Below, piece after piece: positions 49,617 to 57,704 of a stretch of DNA of 61,731 bases. Source of the stretch: Chthonomonadales bacterium (GTDB taxonomy: Bacteria > Armatimonadota > Chthonomonadetes > Chthonomonadales > CAJBBX01); the NCBI GenBank assembly GCA_037443035.1, contig JBBIPC010000016.1, positions 1-61,731 on the forward strand, in the 5' to 3' direction. A program made the translations under genes and the position numbers. Under the pieces are notes generated by a model. The model was not told where the DNA came from, searched no databases, and saw nothing but the letters and a program-made list of their open reading frames with translations. How positions within the stretch are numbered: position 1 is the stretch's first letter; the number at the start of each line of letters is the position of its first letter.

Positions 49617-50618
49617 TCAGCAGGAATGGTTCCGTCGTCGGAGGACTACGATTACCAAGTAGCTGGAACCTCCGAAAAGGCCGACGAGGGTACCCGCTTC
49701 CGGTACCGGCGTCGGACCTCGGCGGCCTACGGGCGTGGCGCTGGAAGCGAGCCAGCCAGCCGCGCCCTTGGTCATGCGTGTGGCATAGTCATAGTCTATG
49801 TAGTTGGGCGTATCCACCGAGTCTGTGGACGTGTGATAGTTCGGATTCGACCAGACTGCGCCTTCGATGAGTAGCGCCGCCTGGAAACCGTTCCATTCGA
49901 ACGGCGCATGATCGCTAGCATCGAGTTGCCCAAGGAGTGTGCTGCTGATCCCTCCATAGGTGCTGACCGCGGTTCCGAGAGCGGTCTTCAGAGGATCCGA
50001 TGTCGTCCGCCCGTAGATGAGGGCAGTGTCGTGGGTACTTCCTGAGGGATTGAAGGCGATCATGTCGAGGGAGACCATGCCCCGAATATCCCAGCTTGCG
50101 TGCTCGTTGGCCCAGGCCGCGCTCCCTTTCAGCCCCTGTTCCTCCCGGTCAAAGGCGGCGAAGATTATGGTCCGTTCGAACGTATACTGGGACAGCGTCC
50201 GCGCTGCCTCGAGGACGCCAGCCGTGCCGCTTCCGTTGTCGTCTGCACCAGGATTGTTCACCGAGTCGAAATGAGCCCCGATCACGAGGTACTCATTAGG
50301 CTTCGTCGTACCCTGTAGAACGCCGATGACGTTGTAGTACGTCGTGCTGTTGTAGGTGAAGGGATGCAGGGTCGTCGTCAGGCCGAACGACTGGAATAGA
50401 TTGTAGATGTTCGACCGGGCCAGGTCATGTTCGGCCCCGTACCCACGGTTGTTCCCGTTGTGTGTATAGAGATAGTCGGCCAGATAGCTTGTGTAGGACG
50501 ACTGGCTGATGTTGCCCACGATCTCGCCAACAGTGGGAGCCTGAGCACGGGCAGCATCCAGAAGAACGAGAGCGCCCAAGAAGACGGCAGCACGACACAC
50601 TGTCCGGAGCCGACGCAT
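49617..50618 (-). CDS. M28 metallopeptidase with PEP-CTERM sorting signal
   Basis: Signal peptide; GAHFDS, GADDNGSG, EEQGLKGS, LDMI, SDHAPF and YHT motifs; C-terminal VPEAG-hydrophobic-RRR. Confidence 0.88.
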   Translation of the reverse strand: MRRLRTVCRAAVFLGALVLLDAARAQAPTVGEIVGNISQSSYTSYLADYLYTHNGNNRGYGAEHDLARSNIYNLFQSFGLTTTLHPFTYNSTTYYNVIGVLQGTTKPNEYLVIGAHFDSVNNPGADDNGSGTAGVLEAARTLSQYTFERTIIFAAFDREEQGLKGSAAWANEHASWDIRGMVSLDMIAFNPSGSTHDTALIYGRTTSDPLKTALGTAVSTYGGISSTLLGQLDASDHAPFEWNGFQAALLIEGAVWSNPNYHTSTDSVDTPNYIDYDYATRMTKGAAGWLASSATPVGRRGPTPVPEAGTLVGLFGGSSYLVIVVLRRRNHSC

Positions 50619-50721
50619 ATCGAGCCCTCCACGAGCACTAAGAAGTGATGTGCGTACGTTTCCATTGTAGCCTACTCTCCATGCCCATGGCTACCGCATG
50701 CCAGACTTACTGTCATGGCGG

Positions 50722-50760
50722 TATGATGGTGCTATGCTGACCACGCAGGAGCCCCAGGAG
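50722..50760 (+). promoter_or_regulatory. -10 elements (TATGAT at 50722; extended TGCTATGCT at 50730-50738) and AGGAG RBS of the lipid operon
   Basis: Seen directly upstream of ATG 50762. Confidence 0.45.
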
Positions 50761-50761
50761 C

Positions 50762-51583
50762 ATGCCAGGCGACCATCTTAGGCGGCTTTCGTACCGAAGC
50801 GTCTTCATCTCCGACCTGCATCTGGGATCGGCAGCTTGCCATGCAGATCGCCTTCGCAGGTTCCTGGCACACGTCGAGACCGAAAACCTGTACCTGGTTG
50901 GGGATGTTCTCGACATATGGGTTGGCACCCATTCACGGAAGTGGAAGCAAGTGCACACGGATATACTCCGCGTCATCCTCGCGAAAGCCAATGCCGGCAC
51001 CACCGTTCGTTACTGCCCTGGCAACCACGACGCGCTCTGCCGAAAGCTGTGCGGTGCCGTCCTCGGGAACGTCCTCGTGGACCATCGCTTCATTCATCAG
51101 ACTGCGGATGGCCGCCGAATACTCGTCTTGCACGGCGACCTCTATGACCGGATTGTCTCACTCTTCCGACCTGTGGCATGGATTGGGGCCTGGTGCTACG
51201 AGTTCCTCTCGGTCGTGGGCGCGTGGCTACCTGTCGTATCGGGTGGCCGCCTCGGACACGGCACGAATCTGGCCGATCGTGCCAAGGAGCGTTTGAAGCG
51301 GGCGGTGCTCTACGTCACGAACTTCGAGGAGCGGATCACTGTGGATGCGCGCGTGCAGGGCTACGATGGTGTTGTCTGCGGTCACATGCACGCGCCGGCC
51401 TTCTCGACGCACGAGAGCGGCGCGATCTATGCAAACTGCGGAGACTGGGTATCGCACTGCACTGTGCTCGTGGAACATTGGGATGGACGCTTCGAGCTGC
51501 TGAACTGGGACGAGGTGGCGGACCGATGTCCCGAGGGTCGCCTGGCAAGCACTCTGCACGGGTCGTCCGGGCCACCAGGGTAG
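50762..51583 (+). CDS. PlcP/LpxH2-type metallophosphoesterase (usually annotated UDP-2,3-diacylglucosamine diphosphatase)
   Basis: FISDLHLG, YLVGDVLD.W, PGNHD, TADGRRILVLHGD, GVVCGHMH and NCGDWV motifs. Confidence 0.85.
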   Translation: MPGDHLRRLSYRSVFISDLHLGSAACHADRLRRFLAHVETENLYLVGDVLDIWVGTHSRKWKQVHTDILRVILAKANAGTTVRYCPGNHDALCRKLCGAVLGNVLVDHRFIHQTADGRRILVLHGDLYDRIVSLFRPVAWIGAWCYEFLSVVGAWLPVVSGGRLGHGTNLADRAKERLKRAVLYVTNFEERITVDARVQGYDGVVCGHMHAPAFSTHESGAIYANCGDWVSHCTVLVEHWDGRFELLNWDEVADRCPEGRLASTLHGSSGPPG

Positions 51584-51585
51584 CG

Positions 51586-52500
51586 ATGATGTCACAGCCA
51601 CGATCCGTGGCGATATCGAGCGCGCCGTCTGCGCTGCGCCGGTTCGTGGATCTGTGGTGCGAGGTTGGCCCTGCGGAGCGTGGCGGCCGCCTGTACGAGC
51701 GGCTCGGCCTACGTCCCGTCTTTCAGTTTGTCGCGGGCCTATTCGGTGAGAGTCTCCCTCCTCCGTCGGCGGCCGCCGTGGCAGAGCCGCAGCCAGGCGA
51801 GTGGTTGCGAATATACGTCCTATCGCGCTATCACGAGATACTGAACCTTATCGCCTTGACGGTGTACACGCCGTTCCTCGTCCTGCTATGCCTTCGCCGC
51901 ATGTACGGGTTCGCCATCTACTGCTTGATCCTCATGCTCACTCACAAAGCAGCCCTTCTGCTGGAGCGGTACAAGCGCGCGCGATGCGACGCGCTGCTCA
52001 GTGACGCGGGGATCGTGGAGAGATACCTGGATGCCCCCGTGATCTGGCGCCCCAAGCTCTCCGCACTGCCCCCTGTCCTCCGCCTCGGTCTGTGCCATTG
52101 GTACTTCACACCCCGTCGGTGGGAGACCGAACGCTTGTACACTGCTCTCGGCATGGGGGCGTTCCGGGCATTCGTCTTGCGGATCGTGCGTGCGACAGGC
52201 ACCGCTCCGGAGACAGATATGGGGTACGAGCGCTTCGTGAGCGGAAGGTCGGAACTCCTCGCGTTCGAGACCCAGACTCGGGTTGCTGAGGCTACGCATC
52301 TTGCGGGGATCATCCAGCATCTTCCCTTCGCCATCGGCATGGCGGCTGCCAGGGACGTCGCTGGCGAAGTCTACGTGGCGTTCATGTTAGCGGTGAATCT
52401 GGCATGTGTGTTGTTGCAGCGATGGCACCGGGTGCGCGTGTGGCCGGTTGTGCAGCGCCTCCGAGCACGCGCCGACGCTGGCAACGCTCGCACGCCCTGA
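51586..52500 (+). CDS. Membrane protein with two tandem CrtO (glycosyl-4,4'-diaponeurosporenoate acyltransferase)-like domains
   Basis: Repeat 1: E.GGRLYERLGL...SRYHEILN...LLERYKRAR. Repeat 2: WYF.PRRWE..RLY.ALGM...TRVAEATH...N...LLQRWHRVR. Confidence 0.7.
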   Translation: MMSQPRSVAISSAPSALRRFVDLWCEVGPAERGGRLYERLGLRPVFQFVAGLFGESLPPPSAAAVAEPQPGEWLRIYVLSRYHEILNLIALTVYTPFLVLLCLRRMYGFAIYCLILMLTHKAALLLERYKRARCDALLSDAGIVERYLDAPVIWRPKLSALPPVLRLGLCHWYFTPRRWETERLYTALGMGAFRAFVLRIVRATGTAPETDMGYERFVSGRSELLAFETQTRVAEATHLAGIIQHLPFAIGMAAARDVAGEVYVAFMLAVNLACVLLQRWHRVRVWPVVQRLRARADAGNARTP

Positions 52501-52513
52501 GCCTACCCCGTTC

Positions 52514-53692
52514 ATGGTCGCCAACGCGCCCATATGGATCCTCCACGCTACGGCTGGAGAAGGGCATCGCCATGCTGCCCTGGCCCTTCAGGCAGCCTTT
52601 CAGCATCGCGGAGTGGAGGCGCACGTCAGCGATGCGCTGGACTTCGCGCCCCGCTGGTTCCGATGGTGGTTTCAGGGCGGGTACGAAACGCTTGTCAGGC
52701 GATTTCCGCGCCTATGGGGCACGCTCTACCATGGATCCGACGAGCCAGGGTGCTTCTACCGATTCCAGACGATGCTGGACCTTGCTTGCCTTCGAAGGCT
52801 GGACGGAGCACTGACGCAGCACTGTCCTGCGTGGGTACTGTGCACCCACTCGTTGCCGCAGCCTCGACTGGACCGGTTCTTGCGTCATGCTGCCACAGGG
52901 ACCGATTGCCCACGCGTCGCTGTGATTGTCACGGATCTGCATCCGCACCGCATGTGGTTGCGCGGTCAGCCGGATCTCTACTTTGTGCCCAACGAGGAGT
53001 GCCGTCAGCGTCTGATAACACGTAGACCGGATGCCGCAGAGCACGTCATGGTCTCAGGGATCCCTGTGGACCCTCTCTTCGCGGAGGGACGGTCCCGTGC
53101 CGAGGCGAAGGCTGAGCTCGGTATCGCTCCGGAACTGCCGTATGTCGTGCTCATGTCCGGTGGTATCGGCGGAGGTCCCATCGCCAGGGCGCTCACAGCC
53201 GTCCTTGGTAGGGGCGCATCTCCCAGCAAGGACTTGCCCTTCCGCATGACAGTCGTATGCGGGCGCAGTGCTAGCGCCCGAGAGACCTGCCTCGCCAGCA
53301 TCGCTGGCCAGAGCGTGGCCGTTGAGGTCGAGGGATTCGTGCCGCACGAGCGTATCCGCACTATGCTTCAGGCAGCGGACCTCCTCATTGGTAAGCCTGG
53401 CGGGCTCACGATGTCGGAGGCGCTGGCGTGTGGAACGCCCATGGTGGTGTACCGGCCCCTCCTCATTCCTGGCCAGGAGGAGGACAACGCAGCATACCTT
53501 GTCGCTCATGGAGCCGCCTGCGTGGTGCGAGACGACGGCGAACTGCGAGAAACCGTGGCGCTGTTGCTGCGAGATCGGGACACGCTTGAAAGGATGCAGG
53601 AGGTGGCACATCGCCTGGGACGACCGCGAGCCGCTCTGGACATCGCAGAAGCCGTCCTTGCTGCCAGCCACTCGAGCGTCGCGGGTGTCTGA
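52514..53692 (+). CDS. MGDG synthase/UgtP-type diacylglycerol glycosyltransferase (GT28)
   Basis: GEGHRHAA, CTH, VIVTD..H..W, GIPV...F, KPGGLTMSEALA and PGQEEDNA motifs. Confidence 0.88.
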   Translation: MVANAPIWILHATAGEGHRHAALALQAAFQHRGVEAHVSDALDFAPRWFRWWFQGGYETLVRRFPRLWGTLYHGSDEPGCFYRFQTMLDLACLRRLDGALTQHCPAWVLCTHSLPQPRLDRFLRHAATGTDCPRVAVIVTDLHPHRMWLRGQPDLYFVPNEECRQRLITRRPDAAEHVMVSGIPVDPLFAEGRSRAEAKAELGIAPELPYVVLMSGGIGGGPIARALTAVLGRGASPSKDLPFRMTVVCGRSASARETCLASIAGQSVAVEVEGFVPHERIRTMLQAADLLIGKPGGLTMSEALACGTPMVVYRPLLIPGQEEDNAAYLVAHGAACVVRDDGELRETVALLLRDRDTLERMQEVAHRLGRPRAALDIAEAVLAASHSSVAGV

Positions 53693-53784
53693 CCGAAAGT
53701 AGCAGGAGTTATGCATGGCCATGGCGCACTTAGCGGATGGATTCCGGGCAAAGGCCGCTGGCCTGCCCATGAGGAGGTCGAAAC

Positions 53785-54564
53785 GTGACGAAAATACCCA
53801 TCGGCGTGCAGCTCTTCTCCGTGCGCGAGGAGTGCGCCAGGAACCTGCCCGCGACTCTCGAGGCCATCGCGAAGATGGGCTACCAAGGAGTGGAGTTCGC
53901 GGGATACTACAACTACTCCGCTGCCGAGCTGCGGAAGATGCTGGACGCGGCCGGACTTCAGTGCTGCGGTACTCATATCGGCCTGGATACCCTGCTGGGC
54001 AACGCGCTCGAGAGTACGGTGGAGTTCAATCAGACGCTGGGCAACCGTTTTCTGATCGTTCCGTGGATTGACGAGGTCAAGCGCGCCAACAAAGCCGCTT
54101 GTACAGAGACTGCGAAGGTGTTCAACGAGATCGCCGACAAGCTGGAACCCTTCGGCATGAAGACCGGCTATCACAACCACCATGCGGAGTTCAAGCCTGT
54201 TGATGGGGAGACGCCGTGGGATAGCCTATTCCTCGCTGCAAAGCCGTCTGTGGTCATGCAGCTCGATACCGGCAATGCGCTGGCAGGGGGTGCCGACCTC
54301 ATCGCAATCCTGAAGAAGTTCCCGGGACGCGCCACAACGATCCACCTCAAGCCTTACTCGGTGAAGGCCGCTCAGGCGGGGGGCATGGAGGCTGGATTCA
54401 AGCCCATCATCGGCGAGGATGACGTGCCCTGGCAGGAGATCTTCGGTCTCATCGAAGGAGCTGGTGGCACGGAGTGGTACATCGTGGAATACGAGAGCGA
54501 CGCATTCCCCCCGCTCGAGGCCGTCGAGCGCTGTCTGAAGGTCCTGCGGGGCTGGGGGAAGTAG
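53785..54564 (+). CDS. Sugar phosphate isomerase/epimerase (xylose isomerase-like TIM barrel)
   Basis: IGVQLFSVR, GYQGVEFAG, GYHNH, QLDTG, IHLK and YIVEYE motifs; GGAGG RBS. Confidence 0.88.
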   Translation: MTKIPIGVQLFSVREECARNLPATLEAIAKMGYQGVEFAGYYNYSAAELRKMLDAAGLQCCGTHIGLDTLLGNALESTVEFNQTLGNRFLIVPWIDEVKRANKAACTETAKVFNEIADKLEPFGMKTGYHNHHAEFKPVDGETPWDSLFLAAKPSVVMQLDTGNALAGGADLIAILKKFPGRATTIHLKPYSVKAAQAGGMEAGFKPIIGEDDVPWQEIFGLIEGAGGTEWYIVEYESDAFPPLEAVERCLKVLRGWGK

Positions 54565-54600
54565 CCCGCCCCACCGTCATCGCGAACACGCCTAAACGAC

Positions 54601-54639
54601 GGCCCGAATGCCTGGTCCCGGAGACGAGGTGTTCGGGCC
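54601..54639. terminator. GC-rich hairpin after the isomerase gene (possible terminator/stabiliser, no U-tract)
   Basis: GGCCCGAATGCCT pairs with AGGTGTTCGGGCC. Confidence 0.35.
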
Positions 54640-54699
54640 ATCTGACCACGGCTGCGCTGATGCCGTTATTCGCCCCTCTCCGACGGTAGACTCATCGGC

Positions 54700-55857
54700 A
54701 TGACGAAAAGCGACCACGGAAAACCTGACAAGCGAGTCCTGGCGGCCCTGGAGGATGCACGTGCCCGGGAGATCCGCGCGGTCCAGCTCTACACTCTGCT
54801 GGCCGAGATGCAAACGGATCCCCATCGGCGGGATCTCTTCCTCCGCCTGGCCGACGCCGAGCGTCACCACGCTGAACGTTTCGCAGAACGTATCCAGGCC
54901 CTTGGCGGCACACCGAAGCCGGAGCCGCGGTTGCGGCCACTGGACAGGCTACTGACACGTCTGCTGGGCACGGAGACGATGCTAAGGCGAATGGAGGCGG
55001 ACGAGGATCGGAACATCGAGAGTTTCTCGAAAGCTGCCAGGGGCATCGCCGCCGATCCCGAGACGCGACGTGCCTTCGAGGAGGTGGAAGCCGAAGAGGA
55101 AGCTCATGCCCACTTGCTGCAGAACCTTGGTGGCAGTGCTTCCCCCGCCTCGAGGCTGGAAGCGATCCTCAGAGGCGAGAAGTGGCACGTCAACACGGGA
55201 TCATGGATCGGCGACGCCATCTACGGTGTCAATGATGGACTTGGCGCGGTGTTCGGAATCGTCAGCGGGATGGCAGGCTACACGGGAGCCGGTGCGCAGG
55301 TTGTGTTCGCTGGCTTGCTCGGCACTCTTGCAAGTGCTCTGTCCATGGGTTCCAGCGCGTTCTTGGCAGCACGCGCCGAGCGGGAGGTCCACGAAGCAGA
55401 GATCGGCCGGGAGAAGAGGGAGATCGAGGAGACTCCGGAGCACGAGCGCGAGGAATTGGCTCTCATCTATCAACTCAAGGGCTTGTCGGAGGAGGATGCC
55501 AGCCGGATGGCGGACGCCATCGCGTCTCAGCCTGAGCTGTTTCTCAAGACCATGGCACAGGAGGAGCTTGGGCTGTCCGAGAGCCGCATGCCAAATCCAT
55601 GGGTGTCTCTCGTCTCCGCTACCCTTTCCACCGCTGTTGGCGGCATCATACCGGTGCTGCCCTTCGTCTTCAGCCGAGGCACGCAAGCCCTGATCCTTGC
55701 GGCTATTGTGAGCACGCTTGCCCATTTCGCAGTCGGTGCCGCCAAGAGCCTCGTCACCGCGCGCCACTGGTTCATCTCAGGACTGGAAATGACCGTCGTG
55801 GGTGTCGTGATGGGTGTGGTTACCTACGTCCTGGGCGTGGTGTTCCACATCGGTTAG
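54700..55857 (+). CDS. Rubrerythrin/ferritin-like + VIT1/CCC1 fusion (MbfA-like iron/manganese exporter)
   Basis: N-terminal E..., ERHH and EEAH di-iron-type motifs; DAIYGVNDGL, ASALSMG and EELGL VIT1 motifs. Confidence 0.88.
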   Translation: MTKSDHGKPDKRVLAALEDARAREIRAVQLYTLLAEMQTDPHRRDLFLRLADAERHHAERFAERIQALGGTPKPEPRLRPLDRLLTRLLGTETMLRRMEADEDRNIESFSKAARGIAADPETRRAFEEVEAEEEAHAHLLQNLGGSASPASRLEAILRGEKWHVNTGSWIGDAIYGVNDGLGAVFGIVSGMAGYTGAGAQVVFAGLLGTLASALSMGSSAFLAARAEREVHEAEIGREKREIEETPEHEREELALIYQLKGLSEEDASRMADAIASQPELFLKTMAQEELGLSESRMPNPWVSLVSATLSTAVGGIIPVLPFVFSRGTQALILAAIVSTLAHFAVGAAKSLVTARHWFISGLEMTVVGVVMGVVTYVLGVVFHIG

Positions 55858-55936
55858 CGCCGTCCGCCCGAAGAAGCCACCGTAGTTACCGACGCCGGCT
55901 GGGACCGGCTTCAGCTACGCTCCGGCAAGACCTTGC

Positions 55937-57628
55937 TCACCTATGCGCCCAGGCCCGTTTCGCCCAGGTCTCCATGGCGTCGTAGCGATCCTCCCACGTC
56001 GTGTACATGGCACCCACGATCCCTGGTACCGCTCGCGTGTTGGCCAGCCAGCGCGCGATGGCGTCGCCGCTTTCGTCGCTGTCGTAATAGCCGGCCAGGA
56101 TCTGCTTCAGTCCCAGATCGGCGAAGAACTTGCAGTTCTTCCCTTCGAGACCCCCGTGCCAGTTCACGATGCCGACGTCCTTGTCCAAGCCCTTCCAGGA
56201 CCCCTGCAGGGAGCCGTTGACGGCGTAGTAGTTGTCCACGGCGTTATGCATGGGATCGAACATGTCATTCCACACCCATATACCGGCGTCTGGGCGTACC
56301 TCGCGAATGATCTGCGCAGCCTTCCGCACATTGTCGGCGAGCAACTCTCCCGGCGTCATTTTGCGGCTCTGGCATAGGGCGCACCAGTTCATGACGCGCA
56401 TCTCGTCATGCGACATGAGGAACGCCGAGGGTTTCAGAAGCGCATCCGCCTGCCTGACCTCCTCGCGCCAGTCGTCGAAGATCTTCGGCTCGCTCACGCA
56501 GCTCGTCAGCCGGTCTTCGTAGACGATGATGGGATGGTAATAGCTTACGCGGAGCCGCTGGCCTTCCCGAATACGCGAACCTTCCGTTAGGCGAATGACC
56601 GGGGCCTCGTGGTAGGCGATCCATGGATGCAGCATGGGGTCGCGGATGGACTGGTAGTCCTTGCCCTCATCGTAGGTGGTTCCGTCTTCTCCGCGGACTA
56701 CCACCGGACATCCGGGGCGCCGCAGAACATTCACGAGACCGATCTCTTCGATGATCAGATCGTCCCACCAAAGCTTGCCATCTTTGCCATACCAGGAGCC
56801 GAGGTAGAGATTCGCCTCGGTGTTGCCGAAGCTGTTGAAGACAATGTCGTAGCGCTTCCAGTCCTGTGTGCTCTCGACATGGAACGTCTGGAAGTTGATG
56901 CTCCGCGAAGCGTCCTTGGTGAGCACCTTGACCTCCGGGTCTGCGGGCACCATATGCTCTGTCTTGACCCATACAGAGACGTGGTACTGGCGGAATGGCC
57001 GGAGCTCGATGGGCTGCATGATGCGACAGTGGCGGTACTGGTTCTTTCCGATGCTTTCCATCCGGAGCGATGCGCGCCCGCCATGCTTCACCTCCGTGTC
57101 GGCGAAGGTGGTGATACCCTCGTCGTCCTGCCACTGCCAACCGTTGAAGTGATTCCCCGTGAAGTCCTCGAAGTCACCGTTCCGCACCTGAGTAGGGTTG
57201 TCCTGACGCAACGTGGCAGCGCCATTCTGCACCACAAAGAGCGCGTCCTTGACCGGAACGCCCTCCATGTAGTTCCGATCGTGTGCCCCTCCCATGACGA
57301 TGGCTACGATCTCCATGCCATTGGCCCGGGCTGCCGCTCGCAGTTCTGCCGCCTTGGATGGCGCCACGTTGTACGAGAGTACGACGGCATTGTATCCAGC
57401 GGCCTTGGCGCGAGGCAGTCGCTCGATGACACGTTCCACCTCGCGTGGGTTCGTCATGTCGCGCCAGACGAAGAGCCAGCGATAGCCCAGTGTGCGCGCT
57501 CCACCCGGCACACCTTGTTCCTCTTTCTGAAACGCCGCCGCGATTGGCCCACTAGCACAAATCGCCGCGAGCATAGCCGCAACTGCAAGGGTTACCCCAC
57601 GAGCCGACTGTCCTCGATTGCTCACCAT
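55937..57628 (-). CDS. Secreted GH20-like TIM-barrel protein with inserted CBM4/9-like domain
   Basis: Signal peptide; NGDFE...W...GGRASLR...VSVWVKT...WWDDL (CBM); MSHDEMR, WNDMFDP and MYTTW. GGAGG RBS before ATG 57628. Confidence 0.6.
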   Translation of the reverse strand: MVSNRGQSARGVTLAVAAMLAAICASGPIAAAFQKEEQGVPGGARTLGYRWLFVWRDMTNPREVERVIERLPRAKAAGYNAVVLSYNVAPSKAAELRAAARANGMEIVAIVMGGAHDRNYMEGVPVKDALFVVQNGAATLRQDNPTQVRNGDFEDFTGNHFNGWQWQDDEGITTFADTEVKHGGRASLRMESIGKNQYRHCRIMQPIELRPFRQYHVSVWVKTEHMVPADPEVKVLTKDASRSINFQTFHVESTQDWKRYDIVFNSFGNTEANLYLGSWYGKDGKLWWDDLIIEEIGLVNVLRRPGCPVVVRGEDGTTYDEGKDYQSIRDPMLHPWIAYHEAPVIRLTEGSRIREGQRLRVSYYHPIIVYEDRLTSCVSEPKIFDDWREEVRQADALLKPSAFLMSHDEMRVMNWCALCQSRKMTPGELLADNVRKAAQIIREVRPDAGIWVWNDMFDPMHNAVDNYYAVNGSLQGSWKGLDKDVGIVNWHGGLEGKNCKFFADLGLKQILAGYYDSDESGDAIARWLANTRAVPGIVGAMYTTWEDRYDAMETWAKRAWAHR

Positions 57629-57704
57629 CGTCTCACCTCCGACGAACGGTCGCTGGCCTTCGGTGCCTTGCCGGGCACGCACGACTTGTCTTCTCGAATC
57701 CTCA

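Noticed and set aside
50710..50727. CTGTCAT as a Pho box for the PlcP-like operon
   Set aside because: Only one half-site, with no 11-bp-spaced repeat. The PhoB motif of this lineage is unknown.
54565..54699. yybP-ykoY (Mn) riboswitch upstream of the VIT1 gene
   Set aside because: The GGGGAGTAG and GAGAC core arrangement is not present, and the gene looks leaderless.
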